64,000 bases of DNA, taken from Diplonema japonicum. Its lineage: Eukaryota > Protista > Euglenozoa: Diplonemea. Positions 10,893 to 21,954 of this stretch are shown here, piece after piece. The translations under genes were made by a program, and so were the position numbers. The notes under the pieces were generated by a model. The model searched no databases and had not been told where the DNA came from. It saw only the letters and a program-made list of their open reading frames with translations. The stretch is from the NCBI GenBank assembly GCA_964019335.1, contig OZ025662.1:434001-498000 (forward strand), given 5' to 3'. Every line of letters starts with the position of its first letter. Position 1 is the stretch's first letter.

Positions 10893-11513
10893 CCGATGAA
10901 ACGCTCGCAACTTGATGTCCTCAGTGAAATGACTGCGATGACTGGTTCTGACGAAGGCGGCGACATGGCTAGTGCACTGAACAAAATGGAGAATATTATG
11001 AACGGGAAAAAGCAGAAGAAGTCTCAAAAAATAGGGGAGCTGCACTCCCGCCTCCTCACCAAGGTCAAGGATGAACTGAACACAACTTCTGCTCAATGCG
11101 GCACCACACGAGAGTCTTGCCACGAGGCCATGAAGACGATGGTGAAGGATATCAAGACAACCGGTGCTGAGCTGACAGAAATTGAACAGGCTCTGTACCA
11201 GAAATTCCAGGAGATGGAGGACTGTGCAAAGGTGCTCGGGGAAGTGATGAGCACCACGGAGGCGTTGCAGGAGAAGCGCCACACCATCGAGCTGGACCAC
11301 CGGACTGAAGTGAAGGACAATTATAAACAATTGAAGAATAATGTTGAAGATGTTTTGAACCAATGCATGAAGGGACTTTCAAAGGTATTGTTTAAAAAAA
11401 AAAAAGAAAAATTAAAAAAAAAAAAAAATACTCCACTTCGACAGAACTACGAAGCCACTGCACAAATGAAGAGGATGAGACAGTTCCTTCATCAACTTGA
11501 GACTGCTGAATAG
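10890..11513 (+). CDS. Coiled-coil protein of unknown function; 2 exons
   Basis: Heptad-rich ORF. The poly-Lys stretch is an in-frame 60-nt GT-AG intron (11385-11444), giving 187 aa. Confidence 0.75.
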
Positions 11514-11845
11514 TTGTAGGATAAGAAACCCCATAGATTTTCTCCCCCTTCCTCATGTGACCGCTTTAGTTTTTTTTTTCTCATAAAATAAAAAGATTCT
11601 ATGCTTTATTTATTTTTTTTTTTGAGTAGAATATATCATTCTGCATTTTTTTTTTCTCATTTTATTTTTTTTTTTCATTTTTTTCTCAAAAAAAAATTGT
11701 TTTAGAAGAAAAAAAAAAAGCCCCCCCCCTCTCCCCCCTCACACATACCCTATTTAGATTGTTTTGTGTTTTCTTATTTTTTTTTTTTTTTCCTTCCGCG
11801 CCTTGTCTACCACCAACCGGTACGTCTTAACCATCACAGTGGAAA

Positions 11846-14800
11846 ATGCTGCCCACGGTCCCCCCCGTGGCCAGGCCAGCATCAGCCCCACCTGTGAGGA
11901 GATGCTTTACAAAAGAAGAACCGGGAATTGAGGAAGCGGAAAAGAGGAAGGCTTACATAAAGAAGCACTCCCTGCACACAGCGCTGAGCAACTCGATGAC
12001 TATGTGTCTGTGCGACCTCCCTGAAGAACCCTGTGTATATCTTGCGACATACCTTCTTGAGGCAGCGTGCACGCAACAGAACGACAATCCCTTGGAGAGC
12101 AATAGAATCACGAATCTTCGAGAAGAAGCTGACCGCTTACGAGGGATCATCGTCAGCGATAACGCCCGCGACCACCTGGCTGCTGCGGAATTCAGTTGCA
12201 GTTCTGGTAAAGCCCCAAGCTGCAGTGTGGGTTCAAAAAACTCCATTTTTTTTACTTCCTGGGATGAGATGCTAAGCACTTCTCTAAGAGGCCACTGGGA
12301 ATGGATGGACCCGTCCATGCTTGCCTCTTTTTCTTCAGTCTTCTATGAGAATATCACAGTTAGAAGCAAGATCGTCGCGCAACACTTCAAGCACTCCGAC
12401 ATGCTCCCAGACGGACAGTCACGCATCCTCACCTTGCTCTACGCCCTGCAGCAGGAACCTGGGTCTCTTTCGTATGTTAAAACCTCCTGCATGGCCAGCG
12501 CTCCCCTTTACACCAACCTCCACCCTACGCACTGCAGCGTCGCGGCATTCTCTTTCATGAGCACGCTTGGCGAATTCTCCCGTAATTATGAGATCGATTT
12601 TCCAAAGCCGGTTGTGCTACTCTGGCTGCGCGCGTATAGTTTTGTTTCATCGCTCCTCAACTCGAATTCTGCTGCATGTTCTTACAACTCGGCGGAGCTA
12701 GCGTGGGTGCTCGGCAAGGACCCAAGCTCCGTGGCCGAAATCGCTAATTTGATAGCGGACGAGGATCTCCTTACAGCCGCGGACTTGTCGGCTCTTGGAG
12801 GCGAGCGTGGCGAACCGAAGGTGGAACTGTTGATATCAGTCCTGCAAGGTTTGAAGACCATGACATTGCTGGTCGACCTTGTGTGGATCATGCCATGGGC
12901 CGCACATTTGCAGCTTTCCGCGGAGGAGTTGATAGAGGGAGGCTCGTCCTATTTCATGCTTCGAGATGAGACCCGCAACTGGGAAACTTTGTGGGACAGC
13001 ACCGTGTCGCTGGTCTTCAACACTGTAGGTATGGAGTCGCTCATCGAGACGTCAACGGAGCTTGGTGTGAAGGTAAGCATGCTTCGGCTCATTGTAAGTA
13101 TCTGGGTGGATATACAAGGTTCGCTGAACGGCAAGCTGTTCCTTGCAGAGGGTGTGGCGTCGAACGTGGTGCTTGATGCGTTCGGTGCGATGCTTTCCTT
13201 CTTAAATGACATGTCGGTTGTCAATGCTGTCGTGGGCGAGCTCTTTGCAGAGCGGCACGCTGGCATCACCGTCAACAACCAAAGTGAGGTGAAGAACAAC
13301 CTCATCAAGCACTTCCTCGGTTGTGGGAAGAAACCCCTCCCAGACGAGAACTCGCTTGCAACCATGTTCGACGTCCTCATTTCGAAGGCCATATGGAGCG
13401 CAAACCTTTCACCCCGGCAGAGCACCGAACTACCCGGATATTATGATCACTCGAGTGAACATTCATACGGCCTCAGCGAGGAGCAGGGCGATGCCATCAA
13501 GCTATCGTGGGACAGCATCGAAGAGAAAGCAGAGTTCGTGCACAGATTGGTGTCGGCCTTGAACCTGGTGAATGTGAACGCACCTATCCTGTACCATATT
13601 CTGGATGGGGTCATCAAGTCGTTTGGAGAATTTCAAGTGCTTGCCCTGCACAGTGATATTAAAAACCACCAACTGCTGGATCAACCAATTCCATCGGAGC
13701 CAGCGATGGCAGCAGTGTTCTCGGACGAACTTCTGAAATACAGCAAGAACCACACACCGTCTGAAACTGCTGTTTGGGTCATTCTCTTCCAATTTCTGCC
13801 TTGGCAGGACACGGCACTTACGCCACCGGCCTCATACCCCTTTATCCTGGCTGTTGCTGCCGCGCCGCACTTGGATGGTTTTCTATTTAACATCATGAAC
13901 CAGCTCCACAAGCACTTCACGGAGGATGAGTTGCCCTGCGTACGTAGCTTCTTCCAAGCGTTGCTGTCCGATAACTTCTCAGAGAACATGATGATTGATA
14001 TGCCGTTCCTTCCAGAGCGGTGTACGCTGCTGTGTGATGTTGTCCGGTCGTGCGCTGACGAAGGCTACGACCACATCACCGGTGTACTCCTTCACTTCTT
14101 AGCAGATATGCTCCCGTCAGTGTTCAACAAAGGGAAGATGAAGCGCAGCTTGTCCTTCGTCTGTCTCGAAACTACAAGCTTCCGGAGACTACGCTGCATG
14201 TGGAGCAAGTTGTCTCTCAAGCCGCATGAGTACACGCGTTACTACAACAAATGGGGCATGGCATCCCTGCTGACATTGCTGGACCCAGACGACGAGCGCT
14301 CCGTTCAAAGGGTTAGCGCCATTCTATCTTCGTTGTTTGACGGTGATGTCAAGTCGCAAGATGGTGTGTCTGCGGTTTTTAACTGTGAAGTGGAAAAGGC
14401 CGCAGCAATGCCGCTGAAGAAGTATGCCATTGCCACATCGTGGCTCCGAACGTTGTACAGCATGGTGCAGGGCTCAGCTACACCTCTGCTACCTGTTTCG
14501 TGGGAAACACAGTTGCGGTTCATTGCCGAGTGTGGCACGATCTTCACCCCGCATTTTATCTCCAGCGTAGCGGAGAAGATGGTGCAGCAAGGCGGCATTT
14601 TCAGCACGGACAGCATGCTTGAAGAACACGTCTGGGAAGCCTGCCTCATCCTGCGCGCCACATGCTCTGCTGGATACAGCCCCTCTCTGGTCATTCAGTA
14701 CGACGTTACCCCCATCTTCGTTTCTGATGAATCTTATAACTCCTTCTGCGATGCCTTTCTCGCCACGCTCGACAGCACCGGTACGAGTCTGCATAACAAG

Positions 14801-17140
14801 GAATGGTGCTCCTTTCTGGAGTTTATCAAATCGTTCGTGAGCGGCGTCCCTCTTGAGGCTACGGGTGGTCCTGTGTGGTTCCATCGAGGCACGATGTGCA
14901 CCTGTATTCTACACTGGACTAGCCTCAGCGACCAACGCATGAGTTTTGCGGACACCGCACTCGACAAAATCTACACGCACAACGTGGCGGGCGAGAAGTG
15001 GAAGTCTGTTAGTAGGATGACAGCGGCGTCTCGCCTGCTACATTTCATGGACATGCAGTTCATGGGGCCTATGATTATGTCAAGTCTGTTAACATGCGCG
15101 GGTGAAAGGTGGCAAGACACTCCTGTGTGCGGTGACGTGGTGGATGCTTTGCTGTATGCGTTGTTCGAAGTTGACTGCACCACGACGAAGTCACAGGTAA
15201 ATGAATGGAAGACCTTGCTGACCCCTGCGTCACTGCTGATGAACGTCCCGCCATTGTACACGAGTGACATGGCACCACCAACGGCTGATGACGTGGTTCT
15301 TGTGAGCAGCTGCACTTTGACAGAGCAGACACGCGAGCAGTTTTGCAGCACAGTGGGTCTCATCGACCCACACCTCCCTAGCGTCGTTGTCGATCGCGCT
15401 CTAGCCGTTCTCATTGACTCCGTGGAAGACTGCAGTGACGCGAACAGTGAGATGCTCAGCTACCTGACACCGGCTTCCTTCAGCAAGAGCTTGAAAATCC
15501 TATCTGTGATGCAAGCTTTGCTGGCAACGATACCTGTCCTGACGCCCGATATGGAACTGGCGTGGCGTAAGATGTTTCGGTACAGGATAGCACCGCAGCT
15601 GCTCTGGGAGCTGGAGCAATCTGACTCAGGTGTTGTGCGCCCACCATGGACCGACGAGGACGCAACAGTGGTGTACACAACGTGGAAGATGAGCGCCATG
15701 AAATTTGCAAAGAGTAGGCAGAGGGTCCGGGAGGTGTTTTGGGAAAGCGTGCGAAGCGCAGACGAAGAAGCCTACGAAACGATGCGCCACACCGACCAGC
15801 ACGCGTTGGTGTTCCAACTGTTCGATATGTTGCCCATGCTGTGCCTGGAGTGGGACAAGAGGGACATGTGGCTCGTGAAGCACGCACCGTACTCAAAGTA
15901 CAGCCGAGTAGCACTACAGGCCTTTTTGAACGTAATGCAACAGATATTACCCGACACCTTCACCGACAAGGTGGCCAGGGCATGGTACGTCGTAGGAGGC
16001 GAAATACTAAAATACCTTGACACCCTCTTCTTGCAGATCCGGGAATTCGGCTTGCGCTGGGAGTACAGTCTGCAACAAGGGTACAGCGGCGACGACACTC
16101 TGATGCACTCCGCAGTCCCGATTGTCCAACTACAAATCGTGCGCACAACGTGGAAACAGATAAACAAGACAAGATTGCTAGCGAACGTCGAACGACAACT
16201 CAAAAAACTGAGCTCGTGTACCGCACACTTCCTATCGGGCCTCATCCTAGAACGCCTCGTCATGCGGGTGTTGGACAGCTTCATAGCCGACTTAGGAAAG
16301 GCTACCATCTCATCCATCGAACGGCAAATGCGGCAAATGTGCATGGATGACTTAACATGGCTTATCAACGGGCAGTACCAGTACATAGTAACATCGATTG
16401 TGAATGGGGTGGTGCTGACACTGAAGGAGGAAGGCTCGAATGTGGAAAAAGAAATTGGAGACGCATGGTTGAAGGTAGTGGGGCTGTTTGCCAAAACGCT
16501 GCAAACAGCACAGCAAGGCTGCCCGAAACTTTCCTTCGAGGAGAGGTTGAAGAGGTTAAAAACGGAAACAATGGGCACAGAGTGGGCAAAAACCGTCACC
16601 ACGCTGCAGCGGAAGAGAGAGTTCACCACCAACGCCATCATATCGAACACGAAAATGAGAGAGGACATAGTGATGGAGATCGTGGACGGGTTGATCCACT
16701 TATGTGAAGCCTTCGGATCGCATACATTGTCTGCCATACACAAAGCGGTTTACAACCTTCGAAAGATTTCCGATAACGTTGCAGACGACGTGTTTGTTCT
16801 TGTTGTTGGGGAGGCGCTGTTCCAGGACCCTGGGCACCATGCTTTCGCGGAGTACTGGACCCGTGTTGCGCTCGCTATACAAACCCTCAATGAGGCTCAA
16901 GAACTTGTAGATGAACCATCTCAAGAGACCATCCTCGCCATTGGGGGCAAACTGTATAATCTAACAGCATGGTTGAGTATACACCCAGGGGGGTCGCAAA
17001 TTTTGGAGTCGCTTACTGGTACCGACGCAACAGTGCAGTTCATGTCCGTTCACGGGAGCAACCCCCGTGTCAAGGAAATGTTGAAATATTTTCAGGTTCA
17101 CGAGCGACCCCGACGCCTTTCAAGATCCGGGAATGGATAG
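11846..17140 (+). CDS. Multidomain protein: Dpy-30/RIIa-like docking motif, tandem divergent globin-like repeats, C-terminal cytochrome b5 heme-binding domain
   Basis: 1764-aa uninterrupted ORF. N-terminal 'AYIKKHSLHTALSNSMTMCLCDLPEEPCVYLATYLL'. Globin A-helix-like 'LSEEQGDAIKLSWDSI', 'WTDEDATVVYTTWK', 'QLQIVRTTWKQI'. H-helix-like 'FTDKVARAW', 'LTPDMELAWRKMF', 'EIGDAWLKVVGLFAKTL'. C-terminal 'IGGKLYNLTAWLSIHPGGSQIL..LTGTDATVQFMSVHG'. Confidence 0.8.
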   Translation: MLPTVPPVARPASAPPVRRCFTKEEPGIEEAEKRKAYIKKHSLHTALSNSMTMCLCDLPEEPCVYLATYLLEAACTQQNDNPLESNRITNLREEADRLRGIIVSDNARDHLAAAEFSCSSGKAPSCSVGSKNSIFFTSWDEMLSTSLRGHWEWMDPSMLASFSSVFYENITVRSKIVAQHFKHSDMLPDGQSRILTLLYALQQEPGSLSYVKTSCMASAPLYTNLHPTHCSVAAFSFMSTLGEFSRNYEIDFPKPVVLLWLRAYSFVSSLLNSNSAACSYNSAELAWVLGKDPSSVAEIANLIADEDLLTAADLSALGGERGEPKVELLISVLQGLKTMTLLVDLVWIMPWAAHLQLSAEELIEGGSSYFMLRDETRNWETLWDSTVSLVFNTVGMESLIETSTELGVKVSMLRLIVSIWVDIQGSLNGKLFLAEGVASNVVLDAFGAMLSFLNDMSVVNAVVGELFAERHAGITVNNQSEVKNNLIKHFLGCGKKPLPDENSLATMFDVLISKAIWSANLSPRQSTELPGYYDHSSEHSYGLSEEQGDAIKLSWDSIEEKAEFVHRLVSALNLVNVNAPILYHILDGVIKSFGEFQVLALHSDIKNHQLLDQPIPSEPAMAAVFSDELLKYSKNHTPSETAVWVILFQFLPWQDTALTPPASYPFILAVAAAPHLDGFLFNIMNQLHKHFTEDELPCVRSFFQALLSDNFSENMMIDMPFLPERCTLLCDVVRSCADEGYDHITGVLLHFLADMLPSVFNKGKMKRSLSFVCLETTSFRRLRCMWSKLSLKPHEYTRYYNKWGMASLLTLLDPDDERSVQRVSAILSSLFDGDVKSQDGVSAVFNCEVEKAAAMPLKKYAIATSWLRTLYSMVQGSATPLLPVSWETQLRFIAECGTIFTPHFISSVAEKMVQQGGIFSTDSMLEEHVWEACLILRATCSAGYSPSLVIQYDVTPIFVSDESYNSFCDAFLATLDSTGTSLHNKEWCSFLEFIKSFVSGVPLEATGGPVWFHRGTMCTCILHWTSLSDQRMSFADTALDKIYTHNVAGEKWKSVSRMTAASRLLHFMDMQFMGPMIMSSLLTCAGERWQDTPVCGDVVDALLYALFEVDCTTTKSQVNEWKTLLTPASLLMNVPPLYTSDMAPPTADDVVLVSSCTLTEQTREQFCSTVGLIDPHLPSVVVDRALAVLIDSVEDCSDANSEMLSYLTPASFSKSLKILSVMQALLATIPVLTPDMELAWRKMFRYRIAPQLLWELEQSDSGVVRPPWTDEDATVVYTTWKMSAMKFAKSRQRVREVFWESVRSADEEAYETMRHTDQHALVFQLFDMLPMLCLEWDKRDMWLVKHAPYSKYSRVALQAFLNVMQQILPDTFTDKVARAWYVVGGEILKYLDTLFLQIREFGLRWEYSLQQGYSGDDTLMHSAVPIVQLQIVRTTWKQINKTRLLANVERQLKKLSSCTAHFLSGLILERLVMRVLDSFIADLGKATISSIERQMRQMCMDDLTWLINGQYQYIVTSIVNGVVLTLKEEGSNVEKEIGDAWLKVVGLFAKTLQTAQQGCPKLSFEERLKRLKTETMGTEWAKTVTTLQRKREFTTNAIISNTKMREDIVMEIVDGLIHLCEAFGSHTLSAIHKAVYNLRKISDNVADDVFVLVVGEALFQDPGHHAFAEYWTRVALAIQTLNEAQELVDEPSQETILAIGGKLYNLTAWLSIHPGGSQILESLTGTDATVQFMSVHGSNPRVKEMLKYFQVHERPRRLSRSGNG

Positions 17141-17144
17141 GATT

Positions 17145-17180
<36 letters not shown>

Positions 17181-17235
17181 CCGTGTTGTTAAAAAAAACT
17201 ATTATGATTATTATTATTATTATTATTTTTTTTTT

Positions 17236-18159
17236 GAAAGCGAGGACAGCTCGGAAGAGGAAGGGGACGAGACACACGAGCGTGTGAACAAGAGACCAAC
17301 AACAGACGAAGTCACATGCGACGCGTGCGGTGCGGAGGAGGACGAGAGCAACATGCTGCGACACGCATTATGGGAATGCAGTGTGGCGAAGGAGGTGCAA
17401 CAGAAGGAAGTACATGCAGAAGTAGTGGCCAGCAAGACGGAAATGCCAATCTGCATGCAGCTACATGGAACGCTCCCGCGTGGTCACCGAACACACCAAC
17501 ACCGGCTGAGGAAGACGCAATACTACCTGCTGGAAGTGGTGGCAAAACGGGACCAGCTTCTCCAGGACAAGAGAAAGCTAGAAACGTACACGACGCACCC
17601 CTGGGAACAGATAACGGAAGGAAACGCTCATGCGCCACCTGAATGGAAGGAGCTGAGGAAGCATGTGAGCGGGAGCCTGATGATGAAGCACGGTGAAGAC
17701 ATCGTCAAGTGGCTCAAAAAGCTGAAGTGGTACGATGGACCGAGGAAGACGACAGTCACCACAATGGAACTCGTACTAGACTTCGAGAACACGCTGGGCG
17801 TCGAGCCGATCACGGGGAAGAAGGGTGATCTAGACATGATACAGAAGAAAGCGCGGAGTTTCCACGGCCTCCTGGAAAGAATCCAAGAAGGGTGGGACAC
17901 AGCACGCATACAGAAGAAGGTCAGAGGCAAGCGGATCTTCCCAGCGGAGAGCAAGAAGAACCACGCGCTTAGAACCATAGGTGCGAAGAAGAGTCTGGGA
18001 TGGAACAGAAGGCCAGTTTTTGCATCAGAGAAAACCAAGAAGGACCTTAAGAAACTGGGCAGAAAGTGGCAAGAAGAAAGGGAGGATACTTTGAGGGAGG
18101 CAACACAGCCAAAAAAGAAAGAAAGGCCGAGGCCCCAGAAGGGAGAAAGGGGTAGATAA
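17236..18159 (+). mobile_element. 3' fragment of a non-LTR retrotransposon (zf-RVT-like knuckle + C-terminal domain)
   Basis: 'CDACGAEEDESNMLRHALWEC' (CxxC...H...C). The downstream region aligns by eye with the C-terminus of the RT element at 53791-56153. Flanked by T-tracts. No RT domain present. Confidence 0.75.
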
Positions 18160-19048
18160 GTAGAGACAAGGGGGACGTTCCAAAACAGGAACCTCCTTTA
18201 TCTCATCTCTTTTTTTTTTTTTCACTCTTCTGAATTTACCACACGCTCTCGGGGCTCATTACTTCACGCTAAATCCTATTACTTCACTCACACGGTGAAA
18301 TTATAGCTTATTTTCCAAATAATAGGAGTTTCCGGTAAATAATATGCCTCAGTTTGCCAATTTCCCCCCAGGTTCAGCCCAATTGGCCTTGTTCCCAGTT
18401 GGAAGCAACAGAAAGTGAGGAGCGACTGGTCGCGCCAGGTATCTGAGATGATATTGCAAGTGGGAACAAAAAGTAACCTTTGTAACCCCTCTCTTGTTGT
18501 ACCCCTTGTCACCTCTTTTGCCGCCTCGTAGTGAAATAATTTCAGAGAGTTGTGAAATAAAATTACTTCCGGGCCCTCGGGGTAACGGTAAAGTCCTTAC
18601 TTGGTAGCAAATAGCTATTTATTGCTTTATTTTTAAGTGTCTCTCTCCCTTTACAGGGATATTATTATCATCTTTTCTTTGTTCTATCTTTTTCTTCTCT
18701 CTTTTATTTTTGTTTTATTTTTTCTGTAGCTTTCCGCGTTCTGTTGCAACCCGTGGGTCTCTTTATGGGTTAGTTTGAGTTCAAGATCTCACAGTCGCCA
18801 AAGGTCACTAAAACGAAACCTTGCGTTGCCCGCCCTCCTCCCCCCCCAAAAAAAACAAAAAAGGAAAAAAAAAAAAAACAACAAAAATGATAAAACGGCA
18901 GCAGATCTAAAAAGAAAAGAAAACGAAAAACGAGAGAGAAAGAAAAAAAGGGAAATAGAATATAAAAAAAAAAAAGAAGGAAAAAAAAAAGAAAAGAAGA
19001 AGAAGAAGAAATCGTATAAATATATATTTGCCGTTCCCCTTCTATCCA

Positions 19049-21528
19049 ATGCAAGACGTAGCGAAAAGTACCGTGAAATTGGATTCACGGGCGTTGAAAT
19101 CGCAAGCATTGGCATGCATGAGCAGATGCCTGTGTTTAGGCGATGATTGGAATTGCAAGGTGGCGGTTGGAGGTGAGAAATGCTTGGCGATTGTCGAGGT
19201 AACCCGAACTGGGGGAAAGCTGCCAGAGCTCAAGAAAAGCGCACAACTAGGCAGCGGGGGGAAGAGAACACAACTCGTCAAAGTTACAGACGTCAAATGG
19301 CACCCTAAAAGACCGGAACAAATAGCAACAGCCTCATCAAGCGGCCTCGTGGTGGTATGGAACGTGGACAAGTGCTCCCCCACCACCCTACGCCGAACTG
19401 ACGAAGCGCCCACTCATCAGGAACACACCCGACTTGTGAAACGTGTCTGCTGGCACCCTACACAAGAAGCCATCCTCCTCTCCGCTTCAGAAGACTCCAC
19501 TGTAAAACTGTGGGACCTCCGTACCTATAAAGAACGCTCGCCCGTAACCTTTCGGATAGGTTCCGGCGGTGCAGCACCGCAAATACGAGACGTTGAGGTG
19601 GACCCTTTCGATAACAACGCGTTCCTCTGTTCTACTGACGAAGGAGCGGAGCTTCTCTACTGGGACATGAGGATGCACGAGCGGGGGCCGACACGAAGGA
19701 TAACCGCCTCTACCGAGTCATCCGGCAACGGGGTGATCTACTCTGTGAACTGGCACCCCACACGAAGGGGGTACCTTGCTGTTGGCTCCAAAGACCGAAC
19801 GGTCAAAGTATGGAACATCCACAGCGACAAACCCGACTCGACCCTCACCCCTGAGATCACTATACAAACCCTCGCCTCTGTCGGCCGTGTGCATTGGCGT
19901 CCCACCCAGTCTAGCACCCACACCCATCAGATCGCTGAAGTGTCAATGTCGCCCTTAGACGTCGACCTCAACATCTGGGATTATAACTCCCCCTTGCTCC
20001 CCCTGTGCTGCATCCCAGCTCCCCATGGCGAGGTCATCACCGACCTCGAATGGTGGGACCGCAACGGAGAGATCATATTCAGCACCTCGAAAAGCGGTTC
20101 CTTCGCCGCTTCCCTCGTCAAGAAGGCACACGTGCACGCGGCCCACCTCTGTACCTCTGCCGTTGCGTGGGGGCCCAACGACATGCTTGCATTCCACTGC
20201 GACCCTGTGCACTTCCCAGAGGCCGGGAGGCACAAAGGACCTCTTTTACCGAATGGTAGCCCTGCAATCTCGGCAGCCTCTGAGGCCACCACACAACCTA
20301 TGATGGGCATACGGGCAGTCTCGCCGCCTCCGGCACCCCCGCCTCCGCCTATAATACAGGTGCACGAGGCTAAGAAACCGGGCTTCTTCGATAGAATGTT
20401 CGGCAGCAACAGGAAGCGGTCGCAATCCCTTGTGGTCGTGAATGAGCCCACGACGCCTGTGAAGCGCGTAGCCCAGCAGCCATACGCTGCAGTCCCCTAC
20501 AGCGTCTCGGAAGGGGGCGGGTACCTGTACTGTGCTGACACACCCGCTTCGGGCGATACTTTCAAAAAATTGGCTGCTGGGTACAAGCTAACAGGACTTC
20601 CCCCTGCGGATCTGTGCAGTTACAATGCAGATGTGGCTCAGGGTGTGTCTGAGGAGCTGAAGGCAGTGTGGCTGGTTGCGAGGCAGCTGGTGGAGCTGAA
20701 ACCGTTTAGGGAAAGCCCGAAGCTGGTAGCAGAGCCGGTGACACCAGCATCACCGATGACACTGGAGAACAGTGGTAGTGACGAGCGCACGGAGAGCGAG
20801 GAGACAGATGGTCTGGAGCTGGAGGGGGTTTGCTGCGGGGGGGCGGAACATCTAGGCATCGACCTCAGTGTCTCGGACATGCTGGTGGCACTAGTGGACC
20901 AGCTGCTGGAGACAGGCGACGTGCAGACGGTGGCGACATTGATCTCATGTGTAGCAGCGACAGACGACACCCACCCCTTCGATGCTGTGAAGCATGCCAG
21001 GCGAGGCTGCGAGTGGTTCATGTCGTACTACGAGCTTCTCGTTTCGTCGGAACTGCTCACCACAGCAGCAGAGCTGATGAAGCACTGCCCGTTCCCGCGG
21101 GTCGCAAGCATCTCCCATGCAGGCACTTCAGTAGAGGCCAAGTGCAGGGTGTGCGGCAACCCCCTCAGTCAGAACAACTGGCAGCTTGCTAGTAAGGTAT
21201 TCATATTCAATGCGCATAATGAACGCTAAAATAAAATTAAAAAAAAAAGGAAAAAAAAAAAAAAAAAACAAACAGAGCAAGGATACACTCCAGCTTCAAG
21301 GATCATGCTGCCACAAGGCGCAGATGTGCTGTGTCTGTAGATTCCCTGTTAAGGGATTGTATGTGTGGTCACGAACATGTTCGCATGGCGGGCACCTGAG
21401 GTGCTTGGTGTGTATTCATAGGGAGGGAGGGGAAAAAAAAAAAAAAACAGAAATCTTGGATGGCAACATCTAAAGGCTGCCCGCACCCTGACTGTGGTCG
21501 TGAGCTTGGATTTTCCTTTTCGGAATAA
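19049..21528 (+). CDS. WDR24: GATOR2/SEACAT subunit, WDR24/Sea2 (Rtc1)-like: WD40 propeller + C-terminal zinc finger/RING; 3 exons
   Basis: WD repeats (IATASSSGLVVVWN, LLSASEDSTVKLWDLR, WHPTRRGYLAVGSKDRTVKVWN, VGRVHWRP), 'GDVQTVA'. Introns 21197-21275 and 21408-21450 restore 'CCVCRFPVKGLYVWSRTCSHGGHLRCLKSWM...CPHPDCG' (785 aa). Confidence 0.85.
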
Positions 21529-21954
21529 TTGGAGGAGTTAAATGATGAAGAAGAATGGGTTTAAAAAAAAAAAAAAAGAAAACGTATTCCGCAATTGTTT
21601 AAAAGAAGGAGAAGGGAGAGAGAGAACAAAAAAAAAAAAGAAAACGAAAGAGGAAGAAGAAAAAAAAGAAGCTTTCTTGGCTAAGATCACACAGTTTATT
21701 ATCCATTTTCACCCAAAGAGAGAAAAAAAGGGGGGGGAGAAGAAAAGAAAAAGAGCGAGAAAAGCCCATATTCACACGCATTATTATCCCCTCCCTACCC
21801 TACCCTATTTTTTAAAACTGAAAAACGAACAAAAAAAAAAAAAAAAGCGACAAAATGGGAGAGGGGGTAACAAGTCTATTCACGAAGAAGAAAGAAGGCA
21901 CAAAAAGGTAGATCGGCAGCAAAATAATTGTGTTCAATATTCAGAAAAATAATA

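Noticed and set aside
16969-17235. N-terminal part of the 396-aa ORF overlapping the globin-like gene
   Set aside because: Off-frame overlap plus T-run and (TTA)n translation (FFFF, YYYY). Only the part from about 17236 is retroelement-derived coding sequence.
18237-18592. Possible old MITE (TTTACC...GGTAAA ends, TTACTTCAC / GTGAAATAA inverted motifs)
   Set aside because: Inverted match too degenerate to support without other copies.
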